A stretch of DNA of 63,112 nucleotides, the filler included, from Octopus bimaculoides (taxonomy: Eukaryota), in assembly GCF_001194135.2 (NCBI RefSeq). It is 5 parts of 4 records of this genome, joined end to end, with 100 filler letters (N's around TTAATTAATTAA, not from the genome) between each part and the next. Parts side by side here need not be neighbours in the genome. Positions count along the whole stretch, not along the records: positions 1 to 22,481 come from NC_068999.1; positions 22,582 to 36,838 come from NC_069000.1; 3 more parts are not named here. One strand, 5' to 3'. A program made the position numbers and the translations under genes. Numbering within the stretch: the stretch's first letter is position 1; the number at the start of each line of letters is the position of its first letter. The notes beneath the pieces were generated by a model that did not search any database, was not told the origin of the DNA, and saw nothing but the letters and a program-made list of their open reading frames with translations. This document shows, piece by piece, positions 11,278-23,227 of the stretch.

Positions 11278-13451
11278 TAGGCAGCAAGCAACTTTTAAAT
11301 GAATGTCTTTGCTTGGAATTTATTGAGATATTTCTGAAATTAAAAAAAAATATTTTAAATGAGATCGTATTATTTTGGTAATGTCTGTTGCTAAGCTGTT
11401 AATATTGCTGTTAAATATTCCCTTGATAATGTCGTTATTTGTTCTTCAATGTTCATTAGACGCTCAGCCAAGTTTCATTAATTCTAATGTATCTTACTCT
11501 ATTCTCCTATTTTGGTAACTCACAATTCGCTTTTACACCACAAGCTTTCATCTTCGGCGTCATTAGCATTGCCAATAACGCCAACACCTTTACTGTTGTT
11601 AGTATCAAAGACTTTCTTCTCACAAAGCACATGTGTATCCAACCATGGAATATCACTGTTGTGTTTGAAACCAAGACTTTTCTCTCTGATCTTGTGTTCT
11701 CTCCAAAGTTATATAATTTCGTCTTTGTTTAGGATTTACAATTTCCTTCTGTTCTTTCCTCATACATAATAATTTGAAAGAGATTGAAGTGACAGTAAAG
11801 CAAGAATCACTATTACTTGTAACTTCTGCATTCGAAGTTGTAGTTCAGTTCGCATTTTCACCGAAGAATTGTCTCTCGGAAAATTGTATTTTATAATTCC
11901 TGTTCTTCCGTTAGGTATTAGGCGTTATTTAGTACCGTTCTTGGTGTTACTGTAATATCTATTCATAACAAAATATCGCCGTTGCATAAGTCTGTAATAT
12001 GTTTGAGTATAATATGTACATCACATGTAATGATATCCATCTTAGGTAAATCATATATAAGAAAATGAAAACAATTGTTCCAAAAATGATGTGGCCAACT
12101 AATAAATGTTGTATAAGCAACTTTAGTTTTTGTTTATAGCAAACAATATTTTTCTGTTAATCGAATTACAATAGGTTTTGCCAAGTTTCTGAAGTATATT
12201 GCTACATGTGTGTGTGTATTTGGATGCTTAATATTTCAATCAGAACACACTAATAGTGAGAGTCATAAACATACTAATATGCAGGCATTGAAATATATGT
12301 CTGTATATATATTTATTCCTGCTTCTCCTCTATCACTCGTGTATTGGAAGAATATTCTGGTCCAATAAATGAAATACGTACTTGTCTTTACATTAATGCA
12401 ATGCTATTTCTCCACAGTAGGTAAACTAGTGAATGATCGGGCATCGTTATTAACGAAAGAGACAGCAATGATTTCAATATGCATAACATAAACAAATACA
12501 AGTATAGCATATAACCTGCAACATAAAGTTTGTTTCTATTAAAATTATCTTCATCTCTGGCTATGACATGATTACCAAATGGCAATTAAGACAAGCTCTA
12601 TTTGAAAAGGAGAGATTCTCTCGCTATTGAAATATTCTCTTAAAATAGCATGCCATTATGGAAAACGACAGGGTTAATATATATAGCTAAGTCGAGGACA
12701 CGTGTTTTGGGCTCAAAGCGGTAATGAGCTATAACAGTTACACTATCTCTTATAGCCAAAGTATTTCGATTCATATCGAAAGCGACTAGAACACATTTAA
12801 TTTGCATAATTAAATAGGCTAAGATGATATAGCTCAAATTGACCAGCTTCCCAAATTTGATCATCATCATAAATTCTAGATTTAATAATATTATCACCGA
12901 TTCTAGAGTATGTGCTATAATTCAGAAGATAAGGTTGAGTGATTGCTATTCTGCTGAGAGATATTCAACCACAAACGCATATTGCCGATTGTTCACTTAT
13001 CTCCATACAAAGTAACCTCTTTGTTCGTTAAAGACATACTTGGATTTTATGCGTACCGCCCCCTCCTCAAATGGATCTGGAGTTAATTGCCATTTGGTTT
13101 AATGATACATATGGTAGAGAATACAAATTTGTGTTAAATGAATCTTTTTTGCATGCTATTTCTGGTATTTATATATGCTTATGTTCTTGAAATACCTTTT
13201 AATGTTCTCAGATTTTTCTTCGTTAAGTTATACAAAAGCCTTTACGTTAAAATTGATATCATCACTCCTCTTCATTTAAAACAGATATATTGTATATTAT
13301 ACCCTATTGTAAATATGTTTAGAACAATCCATCAAGTGAATATATTTGTACTCGTATGTATCCATTTATGTGTACACATATGTGTGTANNNNNNNNNNNN
13401 NNNNNNNNNNNNNNNNNNNNNNNNNNNNNNNNNNNNNNNNNNNNNNNNNNN

Positions 13452-13502
<51 letters not shown>

Positions 13503-13721
13503 GTATGCGTGCATATGTATACATGTATATTTATATATGTGCGTGCGTGTGTGGAAGTATATGTAAACATCTGTATTAATTTCAATGTATACATATGTGT
13601 TCATATGGGTACATGCATACATGTGTAAGTGTATATATGTGTGTGCATTTTGTGTATGAATATATATACGTGTGTGTGTGTATAAGTATGTGTAAGCATG
13701 TATATCTATATGAATAAGAGA

Positions 13722-13769
<48 letters not shown>

Positions 13770-13937
13770 ATGTATAAGTGTGTATATATGTTTATATATA
13801 TGTGTGTTTAAAAATGCATATATTTAAGTATTGTCATCCTAATATTTATAATAATGCCGAATATTGAAAATTAAATTTTAATGGATTAATTCACAAATTT
13901 GATTCCCTTTAGTGCATATTCTTTTTAGTTACTGTAA

Positions 13938-14137
13938 AATGCATCATCATATTAGTAATTTAATATCAATTACCTATTGCAAATAACTATATGTATAAAT
14001 ACTTTGACGGAATTTATTGATGATGAGGAGGAGGGGGAGGAGGAAGAGACGGGGGGGAGGAGGAGGAGGATCATGATCATGATGAGGATGATTAGAATGA
14101 GGATGAGGATGAGTAGGAGGGGGAGAAGGAGGAGTAG

Positions 14138-14168
<31 letters not shown>

Positions 14169-14715
14169 ACGATGATGATGATGATGATGAGAAGGAGAAC
14201 AGGAAGAAGAAGAAGAAGAAGAAGAAGAAGAAGAAGAAGAAGAAGAAGAAGAAGAAGAAGAAGAAGAAGAAGAAGAAGAAGAAGAAGAAGAAGAAGAATG
14301 ACATTGATGAAAATAACCACAATAATAACTGTCATAGATTTGCATAATTTATAACTTTTATTATTACAAATATATTATTTTGTTACTTATGAATGAATTA
14401 ATAAAATTTAGGTTTATACCATAATGCATATACTTGTAGAAGAATGCATCATTATATTAGCAATTTAATATATCAATTACATATTACAAATATGTCCTTA
14501 TTATACTAAATGATTACCTGTATACAGATGTTCGTTTAATTCATTAATTAATTGATGATTATTATAATAATAGAAAAAAATGATAATAACAAATAGATAG
14601 ATTTATTTAACCTACTAAATTTAATAACCACAATAATTATTATTATAGTATTTTATAGTTTATAACTTGTATTCCTGTTACAACAATATTATTTTGTTGC
14701 TTATGAATGAATTAA
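13938..14715. repeat. Diverged AT-rich tandem duplication (copy 1 about 13938-14403, copy 2 about 14443-14715)
   Basis: Shared modules AATGCATCAT..ATTAG.AATTTAATA..CAATTAC.TATT.CAAATA and AATAACCACAATAAT...TATAACTT..ATTATTTTGTT.CTTATGAATGAATTAAT occur in both copies. Confidence 0.8.
14018..14297. repeat. Compound (GAT)/(GAG) tract ending in a pure (GAA)n of about 30 units
   Basis: Direct reading. Confidence 0.95.
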
Positions 14716-16052
14716 TTAGAATATGGCTATATAATATATTTATATATATATATAGGAATTTAATTAAATAATAATATTTATTATATATTCCGATGGCAAA
14801 TACTCAATACTTGTTTTTTATATCGATTTTATTTACTGAGATCTCCCTTCTATAATATACGGATAATAATCCTTATTTAAGTAACTTCAAATCGCCTTAT
14901 TTTGATATCTATTATTACAACCTAAATCTAAATCTACGGGTTATTTTAATAATAATGTTTGTAGCTCTAAAATAATCTTCACATTTATGACAGAATTATT
15001 CCTACCATAAGTTAAGTAAACAAAGAATTATTTTGTTAAGTTTCTATTCATATTTATTACGCAATTATCCCTCCGATAAACAACCAATAAAAAACACTTG
15101 TTATTGATTATTTTAAACATGTTTATATCAATAACTTTAAATAAATGGAAGAATTATTATATATTAAACATATAATTATCATTTATATATTTTTTTACAC
15201 GTTTTATTGCAGTTTCTAGAGTAAGTAAGAGCCTTACTTTATTATATACATATATATTAATGTTATACGTTATTATAATAGCGAAAAATTGTCTTAGACA
15301 TAAACCTAGTTTGTATTAATATTATTTGAGATATATAGAAGTATATTTCGATAGTTGTAGTTTCTATTTACATCTATTATTTCTTTCGTTAACATTTTGT
15401 TTATTTAATTTTTGATGTAATTGATATGTATTTGAATGGCTAACGCTCATGTTCATAATCCATAAGCATTTGGATTTATTTTTTTAAGACCCAGCATTGC
15501 CTTCACATGGAATTTCGTCTATTTACACACCAAGTGCCTTGATGATGCATATATATAAGGAAATTGAATAGTTTATATATCAAACACTGTATTTATGTCG
15601 AAATAAATTGTTGGCGTTTTGGTTTTTAAATAAATTATATGGAATATTCATATTTTTAAGATGCTGTATATGACCGTGGACGATTGTGGATGTACTGTGA
15701 TTGTTATATATAAAAATATTGAGATGTGCCGAGTATCTTTGTTTAAAGTCTATCGTTGACCCTATATATTTTGCTGTAGAATTGTGTAGCCTGTTGAGGA
15801 GCGTAGATTTGTGAATTACGTTAGACCTTTTGCAACAAGTTTTTAGAGAGCAAATGATCCGAGGGTGGCAGTTACACAGTAGTTCATTGTAAATATTATT
15901 CTCAAGAATGGAGGAATACTGTCTAGAGTGCGTTTAGAGATGTGGGTAATACATAAATTATGTGTGTATGTGTGCATGCAGTGGCACTGAACCTGAATCC
16001 ATGTAGTTAGGGTTAGGAAGCAAACTTCTTAGCACAGTCACATAGTTCACCA

Positions 16053-16053
<1 letters not shown>

Positions 16054-16127
<74 letters not shown>

Positions 16128-16190
16128 TGACATATACTTATATATACATATAGATAGATAGATAGATAGATAGATAGATTGATTGATTGA
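16054..16190. repeat. (CT)n plus (TAGA)n/(TTGA)n microsatellites
   Basis: Direct reading. Confidence 0.95.
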
Positions 16191-18356
16191 TTCTGTACCC
16201 ATGGGAATCTGTGGCTAAACGCACGCTAGTTCTGCGCCCCAACTATAATTATATACAGTGTAAATATATAAAATCTCATTGATATAAATGAATATGTGAA
16301 TGTGAAACAATATGTGAGAAATTTATACGGTAGGGAGACCCCACAAATGTAGTCTAATGTTATCTCATAGAACATAAGTGAAATGTATATATGTGAGAGA
16401 AAATCAAATGTTGTTTCCGAAAATACTCTCTCACCTGGCGTGACTGTCTAGGTTAATCGTCAATCAAAATGAATTACCGAACAATGCTTTGCAATAAATT
16501 TCATAAATTTCAGAGGTCATGAGTGCTTACAATATGTTTCTTAAAAGTTTCTGATTCTATTAGACTTCAATAGATGTTACAGATATAAAAAATTCATTGT
16601 TATCGTTTGCATAGAATTATCAAAGAAGTGTATACTTCATGTCGATCATCATATATCAAAATTGTATGAGTAGGCATACAATCAAAGGCATTTGAAACAT
16701 ATGAATAACATTTTTTTCTTTCATTTCCAATCTTCACCAGGTAAAAATGAGGAATTTTGGTGATATTTTTAATAGAGAAAATGATGACGTACGTTCTAGC
16801 AGCTAATATGAGATTATACGTTAGATTCAGAGTGACACACTCTGTGGTTGAAAGAAGAGGCTGTATTATACTGATATAGAGTAAAATCTATTTTCACAAC
16901 AATTTATTGAAACCATTTTCGTTTCTTATCTGTAATTAAATAAAGTCATATAAGACTCAACGAAAGTATAATTTCATGAAACTACATGCTACTTTACACT
17001 TCGTATCATGATGCTTGAAAACAGAATAATGCTAAAAGTAAGCAGATTGGTGACAACAATCTAAAATGAAGAAATAAGAGATGAACGATCAAAGGAATTT
17101 TAATTAGTGCACTGATTCCGTTTTGACAAATAAAAATGTTTGCGGCTGGTCCAGTCCTATAGAAACAAGCATATTGATATGCAAACAAGAGTGTATAAGA
17201 AACCAATTGAATGACAGGAGAGAGACAGAGAAAACAATGAATTGTATGGGAGGAAATGTTAAGAATGAACTAAGATATGCTATCAATTGCAATCAGTTAA
17301 AGAAAACAAATAATGAAATGGAGAAAAAAGCACAACAAGACAAGTGGAGTAGAAACTACTTTGAAGAACATATGTGTGTGTGTTCGCTTGCATGCACCCC
17401 TCCGAGTGCGTATACGTGTGATATGTGTGCGCGCGTGTCCGTGCGAGTTTGTGAATTTGCAATTTCCACTTGTAAACGAAAACAAAATTGAACGTAGTAA
17501 ATTGTATATCTCGTCGTTGATAGCTATGTGTATTCATATATTGTAGTGCGAAGTGAAATTACAGGCTCTTCATGAGTGTATATCGTTGATGTATGCATTG
17601 TTGTTACAAATTTTAATTAGAGTCATAAATATTTTGAAAGAATGTAAACATAATGCCAATATGTTATAGATTTTAGCGCGTTGTAACATCGGTAATGATA
17701 GTAATTTTAGCACAAAAATGGATATCAAAGCATAAAATCATACTTTTATGATTTAATACTTATATTCTGAATTAGGATTTTCATCATTTCTTTATTAAAT
17801 TTAAGTATAATGCTTATAATGAACAAAAGCTTCAGTCACTATGTAACACCAACTAAAGACAAAAAATTACTTCGAAAACATTTGTTAATTAAGCTTTAAA
17901 TGCAGCGTAAACAAATATAGAGAAAGCGGATGTGAATGGATTCTAATTATACTATTGTTTTTCCGTAATTAACGCAAATATAATAACATAATTATTAATC
18001 CTTGGAGAAGTATAAAAAACATTGTCCACATGAATTATGAATAATTTCTCGCACATTAAGTTTACAGACATCAGTAAAATGGAGCATATAGATACGAAGC
18101 CACACAGCTGTTAATTAAGGGTAACTCGTTTCAGCGTGAATATCAGTAAGATATTCCTATGTGACTTCAAAATTATACATTGTCTTCTCTTTAATTAATT
18201 TACTTCTTTCTGTCATTACAGAGCAGCCATGCAGGAAAATCACCAGGAGGAATTTTAGTCGAAATAATCATTTCTTGAACTATTTTCAAACTTGTTACTT
18301 ATTCTATCGGTCACATAAGCATAATCTCTAACTTACGAGGACGTAAATACATTATC

Positions 18357-18423
<67 letters not shown>

Positions 18424-18425
<2 letters not shown>

Positions 18426-18582
18426 ACGGCCTTCTTAGTTTCCATGTAGCAATTCCACTCAAAAGCCTTCGGTCAGCCCGTGGCTATAGTAGAAGATACT
18501 TATCCAAGTTGGCACACAATAGAACTAAGCCTAGAACCATGTGTTTTGGAAGCTAACTTCTTACCTTACAGCTACGCCTGCG
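18424..18582 (-). mobile_element. tRNA-derived SINE, same family as 56441-56605
   Basis: The reverse complement matches the + copy at 56441 (GCGCAGGCGT.GCTGT..GGTAAGAAG.T.GCTTC...ACATGGTTC...CTACTATAGCC.CGGGC.GACC); it ends in (TA)n at 18361-18418. Confidence 0.8.
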
Positions 18583-19023
18583 GTAATCAATCATTAATGG
18601 TATGTTCTGTCTATATATATATATTATTAATTACATCTAATGTTCATAAGGTGTCTTAAGCATTGCATTATGTTTGTTTTTTTTAACAATTTAGCGTTGC
18701 ATTTACTGATGCACAATAGTTCTTCTGGTAGGTGTTCACCGCAATATTTTATACGATATTTACGAAATATTATGGCTTCTTATCTCCATGATCCATAAGT
18801 ATCATTGATCTTTCGTTGCTTGCCACATAATGTCTATATCATCCCTCATTTAAAAAATATTTTTTTAAAAAGTGTTACTTCATGCAATATATACAATTCG
18901 CATTCATTCACTCAACTTCGGTTACATTTAGCATTGACAAAATGATTTTAATATTTTAGCATGTTCTCTGTTCATCGCTTCCACATTCGCATCAGATTCG
19001 TTTTCTCTTTAGTGTTATGCGGT

Positions 19024-19053
19024 TCTTCTTCTTCTTTTTCTTCTTCTTCTTCT

Positions 19054-19088
<35 letters not shown>

Positions 19089-19540
19089 TTCTTCTTCTCC
19101 TTCTTCTTCTTCTTCTTCCTCTTTTTCTTCTTCGTCTTCTTCTTCTTCTTCTTCTTCTTTCTCTTCCTCTTTCTCTTCTTCTTCTTCTTCTTTCTCTTCC
19201 TCTTTCTCTTCTTCTTCTTCTTCTTCTTCTTTCTCTTCCTCTTTCTCTTCTTCTTCTTCTTCTTCTTCTTCTTCTTCTTCTCTCACTTCCTCTTTCTCTT
19301 CTTCTTCTTCTTCTTCTTCTTCTCTCACTTCCTCTTTCTCTTCTTCTTCTTCTTCTTGTTCTTCTTCTTCTTCTTCTCTCACTTCCTCTTTCTCTTCTTC
19401 TTCTTCTTCTTCTTCTTCTTCTTTCTCTTCTTCTTCTTTTTCTTCTTCATTCTCTTTTCCCCTCCTCCTCCTCCTCCTCCTTCTTCTTATCATTCCTCCC
19501 TCTTCTCTTTCTCCTTTTTTCCTATTCTCCCTTGTTTCCT

Positions 19541-19588
<48 letters not shown>

Positions 19589-19590
19589 AT
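19024..19590. repeat. Large compound (TTC)n tract with higher-order units, followed by (CCT)n and (TAC)n
   Basis: Direct reading; it explains the poly-S, poly-F and poly-E ORFs at 18961-19820. Confidence 0.95.
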
Positions 19591-20699
19591 TTTGTTTCCA
19601 TTTCCTCTTTTTCTTATTTATCCTCTCTGTATTCCTTTATCTATTTCTAATCACCCTCCGCATCTTCATTTTTCCCGTAATCCTTCACATACTTCCTCCT
19701 AAATTTCCATTCCTATTTCTCCTCCTCATCCTCTCCCCTCCGCTCATCTTCCTCCTCCTCGTTCTTCGTTTACGCATCGTCAACATTCTTTTTTATTTTC
19801 ACATATTTTACTTTACATGAACCTGCCTTCTTTATTTTATTCCGTTGCAGGACCTAAAACTTTTATTACTATTATTGCTTTTTACTTTTGAGAAATACAA
19901 AACACAGCGCTCTATATCGCCAAATGTGAAATGAATACACAAATTACATGCTTCTTTTTTATTATTATGGAACTTTGAAAGAGAAATCCAATTTCATGTT
20001 AGTGAAAGTATGATAAATTTTCAACTTATACTTGAAAACCAACCTACGAGTTGAAAATAAACATCATAGAAGTAAAGTATTCGCTTCGGTTAAAATACCT
20101 CATTAATCAATATTTACTAGTTAATGATATTTTCCCGTGCTTATGTGATTGGAAATATTTAATAATTAATACTATACAGCAGTGACTTCGCTTAATTTTT
20201 AGTACATCGGACAGCGGCGTCTATTCTACCTGTTTATGTTGTGAGTTCAAACTTATTACTCGCTTTGGTATAAACAATTTTCAACCTCCCCTAATATTCC
20301 TGACTTTGTGCCAGGGATTACAGCCACTATCCTGACATTGTAAATCTGACGACCACGCAATGTTTTGCATTTGCTAACGCAGATCTTTGTTTTCTGACGA
20401 GTAAACACCGTCAGAAACTTTCACTAAGTCTACACGCGTCAATTCTGTCCAACGCTAAACATCCACCAAAAATACAAAATATTATCAATGCCAGACAATA
20501 GCTGAATATCATACGTAAGAAGTGATATAAATATATGGATCATTAAATAACTGTGAGTCTGATAGAATGCATTCTGATGTAAAGTGTGTGGTTCAGAGGT
20601 ACAATCGTTGTCGCATTTTGTAGTAAAGCTTTACATACATCTATCGACTCTCTATATTCTGAGTTCAAATGTTACCTACCTCGTGGAGAGGCACAGAAA

Positions 20700-20845
20700 C
20701 ATTTAGTGTACACATACCAAGTCTAGTCATAGTAACCAAAGTACCTGTAATCTACGTAACGTCTGTATAGGAGAGTACGACCCCTCTCGGATGGCATGTA
20801 GATTAGTAAAGAAAGTTCACATTCAAAGGAACTCTTGAGCAAAAA
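20700..20845 (-). mobile_element. Possible Penelope-like RT remnant
   Basis: The minus frame SSFECELSL...LLYRRYVDYRYF resembles the Y.RYVDD catalytic motif of PLE reverse transcriptases. Short and degenerate. Confidence 0.3.
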
Positions 20846-21404
20846 CATTGTGTCTAAGCATGTGCGTGTGTGTGACTGTGTCTCTGTGCATTTTGCGTGT
20901 GAGCGTGGACGTTTTGGGCGTTGGTGCGCATATACATGCTTACATAATTCTATATATATATGCGTATGAATATATGTATACATATGATAATGCATATCTT
21001 TGTATGTATTATGTACATATATATGCATGCTGGTATGTCTTACTGCATCTAATCTACTTAACAAAAGATTTTCTACAATTGAAAATATAGTACGTAGGAA
21101 CGGAGTCAACGTTAAATGCTACTGAAATATACGGAACGCTCGCATTCTTTACAACAGAACACATAATTGAACAGAATTGTATATGAATACCTCAAATTAG
21201 GATATGTTTCAGACATAATATAACAATACGCGGATTTCGCAGGTATATTTCAAAATTATCCATAACATAATGCAGTCGTCCTGTTTCTTGGATTATTAAA
21301 TTGATTACATATCGATTCTGTATAAGTTATACTGACGTTCCAAACTAAACAAGCCATTGTGTACAATATTATATCGAACACTGTTTGTTCTGCCCTCCTC
21401 TAGT

Positions 21405-21585
21405 CTCACTCTCCATCTCTCTCTCTCCTTTTCTCTCTCTCTCTCTCCTTTTCTCTCTCTCTCTCCTTTCCACTCTCTCTCTCTCCTTTTCACTCTCTCT
21501 CTCCTTTTCACTCTCTCTCTCTCCTTTTCACTCTCTCTCTCTGTCCTTTTCACTCTCTCTCTCTCTCTCTCTTCTTTTCTCTCTC
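21405..21585. repeat. CT-rich tract built from an 18-bp unit CTCCTTTT(CA/CT)CTCTCTCT
   Basis: Direct reading; several near-identical units. Confidence 0.9.
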
Positions 21586-22244
21586 CCAAATGGACAACGT
21601 TAAATTATTTAGGCATACATATATATAGGTTTGTGAATGAGTGTGTATGTATGTGTGAATGTGAATGAGGATGGACTGTAAGATATTGGAGGACACTATT
21701 ATTGTCTTGTTTATATCCCCTTATTTATATCCCCTTAAGTGTGAATATCCCCTTAAGTAGCTGTTCAAGAAAACGAATCTCATATAATAAATATCAGCCA
21801 CACATGAAATCTCATATTGATTATTTGGACTGATCGGCGGTGGAACAACATGTCGGCAATATGAGGGGACCCGAATTCGTAAATCATAAACGTTTAGTAA
21901 CCCATAGATTCATATTGCAAATATATATATATATACATATTTATGTAAGTGTGTTTGTGTGTGTGTGTATGTGTATGTGTGTCTGTCTGTGTGTGTGTGT
22001 GTGTGTGTGTGCGTGTGTATGTCTGTGTGTTTGTGCGTGTATATTTCATCTTTGCATTTGGTTTGCAAGTTTCTTTCATGCGAGTTCCTGTATTGAAGAA
22101 TATTATGTTGTGATATTCTGATCTCAATGTTGCGTTGCATCCATTTGCAGTCTGCATCGATATGGGACATTAGTAGGATTGGTCGAAACAACTGTTGCAC
22201 AAAATAAAGATTAATACCAAACCCATTCTTTGGTTACTTAAGAA

Positions 22245-22263
22245 ATTATACTACTACTACTAC

Positions 22264-22309
<46 letters not shown>

Positions 22310-22440
22310 GATAATAATAATAAAAATGATAATAATAATGATTATTATTATTATCATTATTATTGTTATTTCTATTATCATTAATATTATTATTATAATT
22401 ATAATATATATTATTGTTGTTATTATAATCATATATATAT
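22245..22440. repeat. (TAC)/(TAA)n followed by (TTA)n, quasi-inverted trinucleotide tract
   Basis: Direct reading. Confidence 0.9.
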
Positions 22441-22525
22441 AATATATATATTTAAGTATATATATATATATATATGTATACNNNNNNNNNNNNNNNNNNN
22501 NNNNNNNNNNNNNNNNNNNNNNNNN

Positions 22526-22537
22526 TTAATTAATTAA
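22526..22537. other. Assembly linker TTAATTAATTAA inside a 44N+12+44N spacer (also at 36883-36894, 45521-45532, 61309-61320)
   Basis: Identical 12-mer with stops in all six frames, centred in an identical 100-bp spacer four times. Confidence 0.92.
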
Positions 22538-22859
22538 NNNNNNNNNNNNNNNNNNNNNNNNNNNNNNNNNNNNNNNNNNNNCCCTATATCCGACTTAGCC
22601 GGGCAAATAAGCCTTAATTTAATAATAGTATTGGTGATGGCAATAATGCGACCCTGATGAGATGGAGTATCCAGAAATTTGTAATATGTTGTAATTTGTT
22701 ACAATATTTTACGAGACATCTTATGATGTGGTTTATTTTTCCGGGATACCCTATTGAAATGTGCATAGGTTTGGCTTATTGTGGTTGTTTCTGTTATTAT
22801 AATTGTTGCTGCAATAAAGTATCTTCAATGCATTGATTTTGAGCTCTATCCTTTAAGAG

Positions 22860-22907
<48 letters not shown>

Positions 22908-23171
22908 GTATGTATATGTATCGTTTGTAGAAATACATAAATCCAGAGGAGAAGCACACTCTAAGATTAGACCAGTTAATACTATAGTTGGATAACCCCA
23001 TAAACCGGCCTACCCCACTATAGTGTGTGTATATATATATATATATATATATCTCATACAAACATACAAGGGTAAAATATCCAATCTGTTTGCTGTGTTC
23101 ACAGTTAAACTGCGTTCGAAATATTACATTGGATGCTTCCAAAAACAACAAAGTGTGTTTACATACATTGT

Positions 23172-23212
<41 letters not shown>

Positions 23213-23227
23213 GTGTGTGTATATATT

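Noticed and set aside
14300-15400. Very AT-rich stretch resembling a mitochondrial insertion
   Set aside because: No mitochondrial gene, rRNA or tRNA motif is recognisable; part is explained by the local tandem duplication.
18961-19820. Long ORFs of 173-267 aa (poly-S, poly-F, poly-E/K)
   Set aside because: All three arise from the same (TTC)n tract, which has no stops in several frames.
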